A stretch of DNA of 64,000 bases, taken from an uncultured Candidatus Binatia bacterium. GTDB taxonomy: Bacteria > Desulfobacterota > Binatia > UBA9968 > JAJDTQ01. Position 1 is the stretch's first letter, and every line of letters starts with the position of its first letter. Where the stretch lies: NCBI GenBank assembly GCA_965215605.1, contig OZ244070.1:1792001-1856000 (forward strand). Reading direction: 5' to 3'. Positions 19,014-28,695 of the stretch are shown piece after piece. Made by a program: the position numbers and the translations under genes. Under the pieces are notes generated by a model, which saw nothing but the letters and a program-made list of their open reading frames with translations, was not told where the DNA came from and ran no database searches.

Positions 19014-19058
19014 TTGACAAGCCATTCTAGTGAGAATAGGAACTCATTATCTATTCTC
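19014..19058 (+). promoter_or_regulatory. Sigma70 -35 plus Fur/Zur-family-like inverted repeat
   Basis: TTGACA at 19014; GAGAATAG-N11-CTATTCTC perfect IR (19032-19058) containing TCATTATC. Confidence 0.55.
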
Positions 19059-19078
19059 CTTTGAGGGGGTATTCACAC

Positions 19079-20236
19079 ATGAACAGACTGGTAGGTCTTT
19101 TACTTGCGATCGTTGTGAGCCTTTGGATCGGCGCACACCCGGCGCTCGGCAGCGATGCTCCAGTGGGTGTGGTCGCCAGCGTCCTGCCCATCGCCTTTGT
19201 CGCTCAGGAGGTGGGAGGCGATCGCGTCAAGGTGGATGTGCTGGTGCCGCCGGGCGCGAGCCCGCACACGTTCGAACCGGTACCGAGCGACATGGTCAAG
19301 CTGCAACGCGCCCGCCTGTTTCTTCGGGTCGGCGCGGGTCTGGACGCATGGTCCGACAAGCTTCGGGGCGCGGCTCCCGCCGGACTCGAGACGCTGACCC
19401 TGATCGCCGTCCCGGGAATGAAGCCGCTCGAGGGCGGTCATGATCACGATCACGGCCACGGGAAGAAGCCCGCGATGGAGCACGACGACCATGGCCATGA
19501 GGAGAAGCGTGCAGAGAAGCACGATGACCACGGCCACGAAGAGAAGCATGCAAAGAAGCAGGATGACCACGGCCACGAAGAGAAGCATGCAAAGAAGCAG
19601 GATGACCATGGCCACGAAGAGAAGCATGCAAAGAAGCAGGATGACCACGGCCATGACGAAAAGCACGCGAAGAAGGAAGACGACCACGGCCACGCCGAGG
19701 AGCCCGGAGAGGGAATGAATCCCCACTTTTGGCTGGACCCGATACGGATCAGGGATGCGGTGGTTCCCGTGATCGTCGAACATCTCGTTGAAGCGGACCC
19801 GGCGGGCAAGGACTACTATGAGAAGCGCGGCAAGGACTTTCACCAGCGATTGACGGCGCTGGATATTCAGATCCGGCGGGAGCTTGCCAAGGCGAAGGGC
19901 CGGAAGTTCGTTGCGTTTCACAGCGCCTGGCCCTATTTCTCCGAGCGGTACAACGTCGAGGAAGTCGCGGTGGTCCAGGAGTTCGCGGGCGAGGAACCCA
20001 CCCCCAAGGAGGTGGCCGCGCTGGTGCAAGGTGCGCGTGCGGCAGAGATACGGAGCATCCTGGTGGAGCCGCAGCTCAGCCCGCGCGTGGCACAGACCAT
20101 CGCGAACGAGTTCGGCGGCGGGACGGTGATGGTGGACCCGGTAGGAGACCCCGGCGATCCGGCGCGTTCCACCTACGAAAAACTGATGCTGTTCAACGCC
20201 CGCGCCTTCGCGCAGGCGTTGGGGGGACATAATTGA
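19079..20236 (+). CDS. znuA: Zn ABC transporter substrate-binding protein with long His-rich loop
   Basis: SPHTFEP, His-rich loop, NPHFWLDP, FHSAWPYF. Confidence 0.88.
   Translation: MNRLVGLLLAIVVSLWIGAHPALGSDAPVGVVASVLPIAFVAQEVGGDRVKVDVLVPPGASPHTFEPVPSDMVKLQRARLFLRVGAGLDAWSDKLRGAAPAGLETLTLIAVPGMKPLEGGHDHDHGHGKKPAMEHDDHGHEEKRAEKHDDHGHEEKHAKKQDDHGHEEKHAKKQDDHGHEEKHAKKQDDHGHDEKHAKKEDDHGHAEEPGEGMNPHFWLDPIRIRDAVVPVIVEHLVEADPAGKDYYEKRGKDFHQRLTALDIQIRRELAKAKGRKFVAFHSAWPYFSERYNVEEVAVVQEFAGEEPTPKEVAALVQGARAAEIRSILVEPQLSPRVAQTIANEFGGGTVMVDPVGDPGDPARSTYEKLMLFNARAFAQALGGHN
19448..19693 (+). repeat. Coding 39-bp tandem repeat (~6 units of DHGHEEKHAKKQD)
   Basis: Units start at 19448, 19487, 19526, 19565, 19604, 19643 and 19682. 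Confidence 0.92.
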
Positions 20237-21021
20237 CGGAACGCAACGACGGAGTCGTGGTAGGGCTGAACGGCGTGTCGGTGGAGTTGGGGGGGCACAG
20301 CGTCCTGCACGACATCAACTTCGACGTGCACGAGGGCGGGTTCGTGGGCATCGTGGGCCCCAACGGGGCGGGCAAGACCACGCTGCTGCGCACGATCCTC
20401 GGCCTCGTGCCGGTCGTGAGCGGCAGGGTGGAGGTGTTTGGCCTCCCGCCGGGCCGGAACGGCTCTCACGCCATCGGCTACGTACCGCAGCGCCAGAGCG
20501 TTGCCGACAACTTCCCGGCCACCGTCGGCGACGTGGTGATGATGGGGCGGCTGCGGCACCTCGGGCTCATGAGGTTCCCCGGGCGGAAGGACTGGCAGCG
20601 GGTGGATGACAGCCTGTCCCTCGTGGGCATGCTGGACCGCAAGGACCGTGCGGTGGGGCGGTTGTCCGGCGGCGAGCAGCGCCGCGCCATGCTGGCCCAG
20701 GCGCTGTGCGCCAGCACGCGCCTGCTGGTGCTCGACGAGCCCACGGTGGGCCTCGACCTTCCCGCCGAGCATGAGTTCTACGCACTGCTGCGGAAGCTCA
20801 TACGCGATCTGACGCTGACCATCGTGGCGGTGTCGCACGATCTCGTGGCCTTGGCCGGCGAGACCGACGAGCTGATCTGTATCAACCACCGCATGCACAT
20901 CCACGGCAACGCCGAGGATGTGATCCACAGCCACGCCATCCGCGAGGCCTACTGTTGCGAGTTCGACTTCCTGGCCGGCGAGATTGCCCATCACGAGGGC
21001 CACGACCACGTCGAGTCGTGA
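20233..21021 (+). CDS. znuC: Zn ABC transporter ATPase
   Basis: GPNGAGKTT, YVPQ, LSGGEQRR; C-terminal YCC...HHEGHDH. Confidence 0.88.
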   Translation: MTERNDGVVVGLNGVSVELGGHSVLHDINFDVHEGGFVGIVGPNGAGKTTLLRTILGLVPVVSGRVEVFGLPPGRNGSHAIGYVPQRQSVADNFPATVGDVVMMGRLRHLGLMRFPGRKDWQRVDDSLSLVGMLDRKDRAVGRLSGGEQRRAMLAQALCASTRLLVLDEPTVGLDLPAEHEFYALLRKLIRDLTLTIVAVSHDLVALAGETDELICINHRMHIHGNAEDVIHSHAIREAYCCEFDFLAGEIAHHEGHDHVES

Positions 21022-21066
21022 CCGGCGCTTCCTTCGCGGGTTGAACGTCGTCCGATAGCCCCCCTC

Positions 21067-21867
21067 ATGTTCGATTTTGCCTTCATGCAGCGCGCCCTGG
21101 CGGCGGCGGTCCTGGTGGGCCTCCTGTGCGGGATACTGGGCTTTTTCGTGGTCTTGCGGCGCCTGGCGTTCATCGGCGTGGGCATTTCCCATTCGGCCAT
21201 CGGGGGCGTTGCCATCGGCATCCTGGCGGGCTGGAACCCGCTCCTCACGGGCGCCTTCTTTGCCGTCGCCGTGGCCCTGGGCATCGCGCTGGTCAGTCAG
21301 AGCGACCGCATCAGCGAGGACACCGTCATCGGCGTGTTCTTCTCGGGGTCCATGGCGCTGGGGATCGTGCTCTTCAGCATGAAGAGCGGCTACCAGCAGG
21401 ATCTCTTCAGCTACCTCTTCGGCAACGTGCTGGCCATCTCCACCGGGGAGCTCGTTGCCCTTGCCTGCGCGAGCGCGGCGATCATGGCGGGCATCGTGCT
21501 GACCTTCAAGGAGCATCTGCTGATCGCCTTCGACGAGGAAGTGGCCTCGGCCTACGGCCACAAGGTCGTCGCGCTCAACGTGCTGTTGCTGGTGTTGCTG
21601 GCCTTGACCGTGGTCATCGGCGTGCGGCTGGTGGGCCTGCTGCTGATCCAGGCCCTGCTGGTGGTGCCGGCGGCCGTCGCGGCGCTGTGCGTGATGAATT
21701 TTCGCTGGCAGGTGCTGCTGTCGGCGCTGGTCGGGTCCGTCTCCGGCGTCGCGGGTCTGGTGCTGGCGTATCAACTGGACATCGCCGCCGGCGGAGCCAT
21801 CGTGCTGGTGGCCGTCGCTCTCTTCTTCATGACACTGTTGGCCCGCACGTTGAGCAGGGGTGACTAG
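21067..21867 (+). CDS. znuB: Zn ABC transporter permease
   Basis: FVVLRRLAFIGVGISH, LFSYLFGNVL, FDEEVA. Confidence 0.88.
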   Translation: MFDFAFMQRALAAAVLVGLLCGILGFFVVLRRLAFIGVGISHSAIGGVAIGILAGWNPLLTGAFFAVAVALGIALVSQSDRISEDTVIGVFFSGSMALGIVLFSMKSGYQQDLFSYLFGNVLAISTGELVALACASAAIMAGIVLTFKEHLLIAFDEEVASAYGHKVVALNVLLLVLLALTVVIGVRLVGLLLIQALLVVPAAVAALCVMNFRWQVLLSALVGSVSGVAGLVLAYQLDIAAGGAIVLVAVALFFMTLLARTLSRGD

Positions 21868-22029
21868 TGTCCTGTCTCACAAATGGCGTTATGAATCTGC
21901 GGGTCCTTTTTTGCCGTCGGCTGCGTTGCTCTTCCTCGCGTGGTGCCCGCCACTGCTCGTCATCGCGCCTTGCCGACAACAAAAATGCCCTCGCATCTTC
22001 ATAACGCTGTTTGTGAGACAGGACACTAG
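21864..22029. mobile_element. 166-bp MITE (CTAG-bounded, IS630/IS5-like ends)
   Basis: 32-bp TIRs with 2 mismatches (CTAGTGTCCTGTCTCACAAATGGCGTTATGAA ... TTCATAACGCTGTTTGTGAGACAGGACACTAG); partly palindromic interior; no transposase. Confidence 0.85.
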
Positions 22030-22829
22030 CGAGTCGACGGGCGCCCGCGCCGGCGGCCCATCCGCGTCACCACGAACAGCGCCAGCGCCGCCGTCACGAT
22101 GGAGGGGCCCGAGGGCGTATCCAGCGTTGCCGAGGCCAACAGTCCCCCGACGATGGCCAAAATACCCGCCGCGGCTGACGCGAGGGCCATCTTCTCGGGG
22201 CTCGACGCGAAGCGCCGGACCGTGGCCGGCGGTATCACCAGTAGCGCGACGATCAGCAGTATCCCCACGATCTTCACCGCCACCGATATGAGCGCCGCCA
22301 CCAGGATGCCGAACAGCAGCCGCGCGCGCTCCGGCCGCAGTCCCGCCACCGTGGCGAGATCGAGGCTGACGGTGGCCGCCAGCAGCGGACGCCAGATCCA
22401 CCACAACACCGCCAGGACGGCGGCGCCGCCCGCCCAGATGACCACGAGGTCCGTGCGCGTCACGGCCAGGATGTCGCCGAAGAGCAGCGCGTGCAGGTCG
22501 AACCGCATGCTGGGGAAGAACGCCAGGACCACGAGCCCCAGCGAGAGGCCGCCATGGGCGAGCAAGCCGAGGATGGTGTCGGTGGGCAGGGTGTCGCTCC
22601 GTTCCAGGAAGAACATGATAAACACGACGGCGGAAGCGGTGGCGAAGATGCCGATGGCCAGGTCGATGTCGGCCACGATGGCCACCGCGACGCCCAGCAG
22701 GGCCGAGTGGGCGATGGTCTCGCCGAAGTAGGCCAGCCGCCGCCACACCACGAAACAGCCCGTCGGCCCGGTCACCAGCGCCAGCCCGACACCGGCCAGC
22801 AGCGCGCGCGTGAAGAAGTCGTCCAGCAT
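22026..22829 (-). CDS. znuB: Zn ABC transporter permease (second, proteobacterial type)
   Basis: GCFVVWRRLAYFGETIAHSALLG, DTILGLLAH, LFGDILAV. Confidence 0.9.
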   Translation of the reverse strand: MLDDFFTRALLAGVGLALVTGPTGCFVVWRRLAYFGETIAHSALLGVAVAIVADIDLAIGIFATASAVVFIMFFLERSDTLPTDTILGLLAHGGLSLGLVVLAFFPSMRFDLHALLFGDILAVTRTDLVVIWAGGAAVLAVLWWIWRPLLAATVSLDLATVAGLRPERARLLFGILVAALISVAVKIVGILLIVALLVIPPATVRRFASSPEKMALASAAAGILAIVGGLLASATLDTPSGPSIVTAALALFVVTRMGRRRGRPSTR

Positions 22830-22831
22830 GC

Positions 22832-23533
22832 TCAGTCCGACGGGCCGGGCCCGGGACTCGTTCCCTGGGCCGGGAAGCCCTGGATGCCGAAAGGCGGGGT
22901 ATCGTGTTCGTGGGGTACCAGGACCACCAGGTCGTCTCCTGTGTCCATGGCCTTCTGGAGGTCATGAGAAATGATCAGAACGCCGCAGCCCAGGTCCCGC
23001 CGAATCCCTTCGATCAGGTCATGCACGACATCCGTTCCGGTGGCGTCGACGCCCTGCTCCGGTTCGTCGAGGACCAGCAGGTCGGGCCGGTGAATCAGCG
23101 CCCGAGCCAGCATCAGCCGCTGGAATTCGCCCCCCGACAGGGTCGTGACCGGCGGGTCGCCCAGCCGTTCGAGGCCCACCGCCGCCAAGGCGGAGTCGAT
23201 TCTGTCCGCGGGGAAGCGGCCGGTCAGTGCCATCAGGCGGCGCACGGTCATGGGCAGGGTCGCGGTCACCTGGAGTCTTTGCGGGACGTAGCCCACTTCC
23301 AGCGAGGGCGCCCGCGTCACCTGCCCCTCGGCGACGTCGATCAACCCCAGAACCGCCTTGACGCAGGTGGACTTGCCGGCGCCGTTGGCGCCGATGAGGT
23401 AGACCATCTCGCCGCGCGTCACCTTGAGGTCCACGTGACGGATGATCCAGCGCTCGCCCCGCCGCACGCCGATGTTGCGGGCGTCGACGAGCAGGCCGGA
23501 AGCGGCCGACTGTGTGTCCGGTCTATCCATCAT
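22832..23533 (-). CDS. znuC: Zn ABC transporter ATPase (second)
   Basis: GANGAGKST, GYVPQ, LSGGEFQR, SHDL; short C-terminus. Confidence 0.85.
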   Translation of the reverse strand: MMDRPDTQSAASGLLVDARNIGVRRGERWIIRHVDLKVTRGEMVYLIGANGAGKSTCVKAVLGLIDVAEGQVTRAPSLEVGYVPQRLQVTATLPMTVRRLMALTGRFPADRIDSALAAVGLERLGDPPVTTLSGGEFQRLMLARALIHRPDLLVLDEPEQGVDATGTDVVHDLIEGIRRDLGCGVLIISHDLQKAMDTGDDLVVLVPHEHDTPPFGIQGFPAQGTSPGPGPSD

Positions 23534-23628
23534 CGGTGTGTGACAGCGCGGGGCGACGGATCGCGCTTGATCATTTGGAGCACTCGGGGTAGTTTTCGCA
23601 AAAATTCCAAGCGGACTCAAGGAGCGAC

Positions 23629-24567
23629 ATGATGAAACGAATTCTTGCGACGTTCCTGTTTGCCGTCATGATCGCCGCGACCACGACGGTCGGCGCCGCG
23701 GGTCGGGTCGTGGCGACGTTCAAGCCGGTGCATTCGCTGGTGAGCGCGGTCATGGCCGGGGTGGGCGAGCCGTACCTGATCATGAAGGACGCTGCCACGC
23801 CGCATAGCTATCGCATGCGGCCGTCCGACGCCGGGGTGATCGGGAAGGCTCGGGTCATTTTCATGATCGGCGACCTGGTCGAAAGCTCCCTGGCCGGGCC
23901 TATCCACAAGCTCGGCGGCAAGGCCCGGGTGGTGAAGCTGGCCGAGGTGCCGGGGCTGGTGCGCCAGCCGCTCCGCAAGGGGGGTGCGTTCGAGGACGAA
24001 GGGCACGATCATGGACCTGGGCACGCCCACGGCCATGAGGACGAGGCTTTTGACCTGCACGTGTGGCTCGACCCGGTGAATGCCGGCTTGATGGCGCTCG
24101 CCATAGCCGGCACCCTGTCCGAGATCGATTCGGCCAATGCCGCGAGGTACGAAGCCAACGCCAACGCCCTGGTGGCCCGGCTGGACGAGTTGACCGCGCA
24201 AATCGCCGCGGAGCTGGCGCCGGCGCGCGACAAACCCTTCATCGTGTTTCACGATGCGTATCGCTACTTCGAGGACCGCTTCGGGCTGAAAGCCGTGGGC
24301 TCGGCGGTGGTCAGCACCGGCCGGTCGCCCGGCGTCCGCCGTGTCAGGGAACTGCGCAAAAAGGTGCGTGAGCTCGGGGTGGTATGCGTGTTCGCCGAAC
24401 CTCGGTACGACCCGCGTTTCGTCAGGCTCATCACCGAAGGCACGAAGGCGCGGGGCGGCACGATGGATCCCGCGGGCATCGCCGTCAAAGCGGGCCCCGA
24501 GATGTACTTCAGCCTTCTCCGCAACATGGCCGCGTCCTTCAAGGCGTGCCTGGCGCCAGCGGGTTAG
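23629..24567 (+). CDS. znuA: Zn ABC transporter substrate-binding protein (second)
   Basis: KPVHSLVSAVM, TPHSYRMRPSDA, HDHGPGHAHGHE, DLHVWLDP, VFHDAYRYFE; divergent from znuCB. Confidence 0.9.
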   Translation: MMKRILATFLFAVMIAATTTVGAAGRVVATFKPVHSLVSAVMAGVGEPYLIMKDAATPHSYRMRPSDAGVIGKARVIFMIGDLVESSLAGPIHKLGGKARVVKLAEVPGLVRQPLRKGGAFEDEGHDHGPGHAHGHEDEAFDLHVWLDPVNAGLMALAIAGTLSEIDSANAARYEANANALVARLDELTAQIAAELAPARDKPFIVFHDAYRYFEDRFGLKAVGSAVVSTGRSPGVRRVRELRKKVRELGVVCVFAEPRYDPRFVRLITEGTKARGGTMDPAGIAVKAGPEMYFSLLRNMAASFKACLAPAG

Positions 24568-24593
24568 CAAGCCCCAATCGTCAGCACAGGACA

Positions 24594-26048
24594 CTAGGAC
24601 GCGCTCCGCGAGAGATCCAGGGCGAACCCTTCATTGCGCACGCGGATGTGTGCGTAGTCGCGGCGTTGGGTGAAGCCTTCCAGCAGCCTGGTCACCGGTG
24701 CGGTGTCGAAAGGGTAGTCCCGGGGCGGGCCGGCGGCGCGCATGGTGTCGATCTCCTCCCGGGTCAGGAAATAACGCAGCAGCAACTCCTCGTCGGACAC
24801 CCCGCCGAACTTCGCGCGCAGCTCCTGGATGGTGGGTTCCGGCGGCTCCCACGCCGCCAGCTCCCGGGCCCGCGGGCACGCCAGGATACGGTCCTTGACG
24901 TCGGGGTCCATGGAGTCGCTGCCTTCCCGGCCCCAGCGCCCCAGGGCATAGAGGATCACCTGGTCGGTGACCTCCTTGTAGCGTTCCCCCACGATGATGT
25001 TGATGGCCGCCTGACTGCCCACGAACTGGGACAGGGGCGTCACCATGATGGGATAGCCCAGCTCCTCGCGCACCCGAACCACCTCCTCCAGAGCCCGCTC
25101 CACGTGGTCGCCCAGGCCCACCCGCGCGAGCTGGTGGCGCAGGTTCGAGATCATGCCCCCGGGCACTTGGTGCAGGTACTGGTTGTAGTCGTACTCTACC
25201 GGCGCCCCGATGGGCAGCCCCTCCCGGCGGGCCACCTCGGTGAAGTACTCGGACACCGGCCGCAGCACCTCCTCGTCCACCGCGGTCTCGTAGCCCAGCC
25301 TCCGGGCGTTGGCCGCGACGTTGAACAGCGACGGGTTGGAAGAGCCGTTGGCCAGCGGCGGCAGCGCCGTGTTGATGATGCGGATCCCCTGCCTGATGGC
25401 CTCCAGGGCGCACAGCGGCCCCAGGCCCGTGGTGCAGTGGGTGTGGAACTCCAGCGGGATGCCGCCGACGTTCTCCTTGATGAGCGGCACCAACGCGCGG
25501 GTGCGGTCCGGCGTCAGCAGCCCTCCGGGGTCCTTGAAGCAGATCCGCATCACCGGCAGCGTGGCGGCCTGGCGAGCCCGCTCCGCGAAATAGGCATCGG
25601 TATGCTTGGGCGACACCGAGTAGATGATGTTCAGGATGGGCTCGAGCCCGGCCGCGGTGGCGATGCGCAAGGTCTTGCGCCACCCCGCGAGGTCGTTCCA
25701 CTCGTCGGAGATGCGGCCCTGGCGGACGCCGTTGGCCGCCATGCGTTCGAGGAAGATCCGCTGGATCGACTCCGGCGTCAGCTCGAAGCCGTTGCGGCCG
25801 CCGATGATGACCCGCAGCGGCGTTTCCCGGATCGTCCCGGCTACCAGCCGTATCCGTTCCCAGGGGTCCTCGTGCAACTCCCGCACGCACTTCTTGATGT
25901 GCGAGCTCGACATCAGCTCCATGCCCCTGAAGCCCGCCCGGTCCATGCGCTCGCCCACCGCCAGCATCATGCCCGTGCGCATGGACTCGGCCCACAGGCT
26001 CTGGTGACCGTCCCGTAGCGTCGTATCGACGAATTCTATGGGTTCCAA
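24594..26048 (-). CDS. Pyruvate carboxylase/OadA-like carboxyltransferase subunit without biotin-carrier domain
   Basis: DTTLRDGHQSLW, FKDPGGLL, HTHCTTG, HQVPGGMISNL, GYPIMVTPLSQ; TTG start after AAAGGAG. Confidence 0.85.
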   Translation of the reverse strand: MEPIEFVDTTLRDGHQSLWAESMRTGMMLAVGERMDRAGFRGMELMSSSHIKKCVRELHEDPWERIRLVAGTIRETPLRVIIGGRNGFELTPESIQRIFLERMAANGVRQGRISDEWNDLAGWRKTLRIATAAGLEPILNIIYSVSPKHTDAYFAERARQAATLPVMRICFKDPGGLLTPDRTRALVPLIKENVGGIPLEFHTHCTTGLGPLCALEAIRQGIRIINTALPPLANGSSNPSLFNVAANARRLGYETAVDEEVLRPVSEYFTEVARREGLPIGAPVEYDYNQYLHQVPGGMISNLRHQLARVGLGDHVERALEEVVRVREELGYPIMVTPLSQFVGSQAAINIIVGERYKEVTDQVILYALGRWGREGSDSMDPDVKDRILACPRARELAAWEPPEPTIQELRAKFGGVSDEELLLRYFLTREEIDTMRAAGPPRDYPFDTAPVTRLLEGFTQRRDYAHIRVRNEGFALDLSRSAS

Positions 26049-26165
26049 GGGAACTCCTTTCTCATTTCGACCGTGACTCCCGCCCTCTCGGTCGCGTCCG
26101 CCCCCTCCCGTCACGCCGACTCTCAAACCCATTTTCGTATCAACTCCCCGGAGATGACAAGCGCT

Positions 26166-27623
26166 TCAACTCTCCCCCGCCGCATTTCGGCCGGCGATGC
26201 GGCCGAAGGCCAGCACCTCGGTGAGGTTGCCGGCGCCCGGGTAGTTCTGGGACCACATGGAGCCCAGCTCTCCGGCTCCGTACAGCCCCTCTATGGGGCG
26301 GCCCCAGGCGTTCAGCACCTGGGCGCGGGCGTTTCGCCGGGGGCCGCCCTGGGTGTTGAACAGGCTGGGCCACAGGGCGGCACCGTAGAACGGCGGGCGC
26401 TCCAGCGCCCGCAGGGTGCCGGGGGCGCGGCCCAGAGCTTCGTCCCGGCCCTGGGCGCAGGCCCGGTTGTATCCGTCCACGGTCCGTTCCAGCGCGGCCG
26501 GGTCGAGACCGAGGGCGGCGGCCAGCGCGGCCACGGTGGCGCCCGTCTTGATCCAGCCTTTTTCAACCTCCGCGGTGTTGTCGTCGCTCCAGCGGTAGTG
26601 TTCGGCGACGGTGCCCCGGCCGGTGTTGGCCACCGGCCCGGCCTTCCGCGTTGCTTCGTCGAACACCACGAAAGAGGGCACCCGCGGACGCTCCATGGTC
26701 TCCAGGTCCACCTCCGTCACCAGCGAGCCCACCGCGTGGGCGTCCATGGCGGTCTCGTCCACGAAGCGGCGCGCGTTCCGGTCCACGTAGATGAACCCGG
26801 GACCGGGCATGGCGTGGATGACGGCGCCGTCGAACCCGTCCACGCGGTAGCCGAAGCCCGCGGCCACGGCGTTCATGTGCCAGAGGGCGGCGCCCGCGTC
26901 CAATGCAAGGCGGATGCCGTCGCCGGTGTGACCGGACGCGCCCAGGGACCAGAACCGCTGCCCCAGGAACTGGAGCTGCATGTCGGGGTCCCACTCGTAG
27001 CCGCCGCAGGCAAGGATCACCGCTTTGCGCGCCTGGATCGCGATCTCCTCGCCGCCCCGGCGTGCCGTGAGTCCTGTGACCGCGCCGTCGCCGTTCCGCA
27101 GCAGCCGGACGGCCGGGCACTCGAACAGCACCGGAATGCAGCGCTCGTCGACGTTGCGCGCCAGCAGGTCCCACAGGTCCCGGCCGTTGGCCGTGGTCTC
27201 GCCCTTGACCCGGAGCCGCGGCCCGACGCCGTCCGCGCCGGGCTGCTCCGGCGAGGCGGCGCCGGTGGGATAGACGGGATAGCTCGCGGGCGTGGCCTGA
27301 AGAGGGTCCACCACAACCTCGCCCCCGAGGGAGCGCAGCCACGCCTTGTTTTCGTGGCTCTCGCGCACCAGCGTTTCGATGACGTCCGGGCCGGTGGCGC
27401 CGCCGCACAGGAAGGCGATGTGCTCCACCGCCCGTTCCACCGCGCCGAAGGTACGGACCGAGCCGGCGGAGAGCCGGGTGTTGCCGCCGCCCGCGGCGGC
27501 CTTCTCCACGATCAGCACCTTGGCGCCGAGGTCGGCGGCGGTGATGGCGGCCACCGCGCCGGCGCCGCCGTAGCCCACCACGGCCACGTCGGTTTCGCGC
27601 GAAGACGCCGAGGCCTTGCTCAT
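26166..27623 (-). CDS. FAD-binding oxidoreductase (FAD_binding_2; KstD/fumarate reductase flavoprotein-like)
   Basis: VVGYGGAG, GGNTRLSAG, ILACGGYE, NTQGG, GLYGAGE, YPGAGN. Confidence 0.85.
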   Translation of the reverse strand: MSKASASSRETDVAVVGYGGAGAVAAITAADLGAKVLIVEKAAAGGGNTRLSAGSVRTFGAVERAVEHIAFLCGGATGPDVIETLVRESHENKAWLRSLGGEVVVDPLQATPASYPVYPTGAASPEQPGADGVGPRLRVKGETTANGRDLWDLLARNVDERCIPVLFECPAVRLLRNGDGAVTGLTARRGGEEIAIQARKAVILACGGYEWDPDMQLQFLGQRFWSLGASGHTGDGIRLALDAGAALWHMNAVAAGFGYRVDGFDGAVIHAMPGPGFIYVDRNARRFVDETAMDAHAVGSLVTEVDLETMERPRVPSFVVFDEATRKAGPVANTGRGTVAEHYRWSDDNTAEVEKGWIKTGATVAALAAALGLDPAALERTVDGYNRACAQGRDEALGRAPGTLRALERPPFYGAALWPSLFNTQGGPRRNARAQVLNAWGRPIEGLYGAGELGSMWSQNYPGAGNLTEVLAFGRIAGRNAAGES

Positions 27624-27636
27624 TCCGGCGCTACCA

Positions 27637-28686
27637 TCATTCGGGCTTTACCAGACGTCCTTCCCGCACCAGCCGCTCGATGATCTTGCGCGCCTCGGCG
27701 CGGGTCTCGACGGTGTCCTGCAGCTTGCGGTCGCTCCAGCCGTCGTTGGGCCAGCGGTTGGCCTTGGCGTAGACGGGGGCGTACATGTCGCTGCGCAGCT
27801 CGATGAGAAAGTTCCACACGTGGCCCGAGTCGGTCATGCGGGTGCGCTCCCAGCGCAGGTTGTCGATGTCCACCATGCCGGTGACCACCGCCTCGCCGGG
27901 AGCGTTGGCCGCCGACTGCACGTGGCCCATGTAGTCGATGACCTGGGTCATGCCGCGGTAGCCGCCGGTGGGGCGGTTGGAGCCGACGAAGGCGCCGCAG
28001 TTGACCGAGAGGAAGTAGCACAGGTTCTCGTAGGCGCGGGCGCGCCGGAGCACGTCCCAGGCCTCGCCCTCGGGCGCGTAGGGCTCGGCGGTGGGGTGGA
28101 TCAGCACCTCGGCGCCGCGCAACGCCAGGCAGCGGGCCATCTCCGGGAACACCACGTCGGTGCAGGTGAGGCAGCCCAGCCGGCCGATTTCGGTGTCCGC
28201 CACCGGGAACATGGCGTCCTCGCCGTAGCGTTCCGTGTACTCGGTGTAGACATCGCCGGGTCCGGTATAGGTGGTGTTTAGGTTGTTCGGCCCGTTGTTC
28301 TTCCGGTACTTGAGGATGATCTTGCCGTCCGGGTCGATGATGAAGCTCGTGTTGAAGAGCCGGCCGGGCCAGTCGTCGTCGCGCTCGTAGAGGTTGCCGA
28401 CGATGTGGCAGCCGCGCTCCTTGGCCTTGCGGCCGATCTGGTCGGTGACGTCGCCGGGGATGGTCTCGGCCAGGGCCAGCCACTCGTCCACCGACCGCGG
28501 CCGGTACTGGCCGATGATGCCGTACTCGGAGAAAACCGCCAGCTTCACGTCGCCGAGGCGCAGCGCGGTCCAGTCCAGCAGCTCGAAGATGCGCCCGAGG
28601 TTCTCGTCGATGATCTCGTTGCGTTCTTTCGGTTCGACGATCACCCGGGTCTGTTGCTGAATCAAGGCCACTCGATACGGTTTCAT
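27637..28686 (-). CDS. Nitrilase-related carbon-nitrogen hydrolase
   Basis: FSEY (Glu), KYRK (Lys), LTCTD (Cys) triad; RARAYEN. Confidence 0.88.
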   Translation of the reverse strand: MKPYRVALIQQQTRVIVEPKERNEIIDENLGRIFELLDWTALRLGDVKLAVFSEYGIIGQYRPRSVDEWLALAETIPGDVTDQIGRKAKERGCHIVGNLYERDDDWPGRLFNTSFIIDPDGKIILKYRKNNGPNNLNTTYTGPGDVYTEYTERYGEDAMFPVADTEIGRLGCLTCTDVVFPEMARCLALRGAEVLIHPTAEPYAPEGEAWDVLRRARAYENLCYFLSVNCGAFVGSNRPTGGYRGMTQVIDYMGHVQSAANAPGEAVVTGMVDIDNLRWERTRMTDSGHVWNFLIELRSDMYAPVYAKANRWPNDGWSDRKLQDTVETRAEARKIIERLVREGRLVKPE

Positions 28687-28695
28687 GAGACCTCC

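Noticed and set aside
19448-19693. 39-bp periodic repeat as a CRISPR array
   Set aside because: No unique spacers, in-frame coding within znuA, and no cas genes.
26130-26180. Short direct repeat GGGGAG(A)GTTGA near the flavoprotein stop
   Set aside because: Two imperfect copies only, with no functional context.
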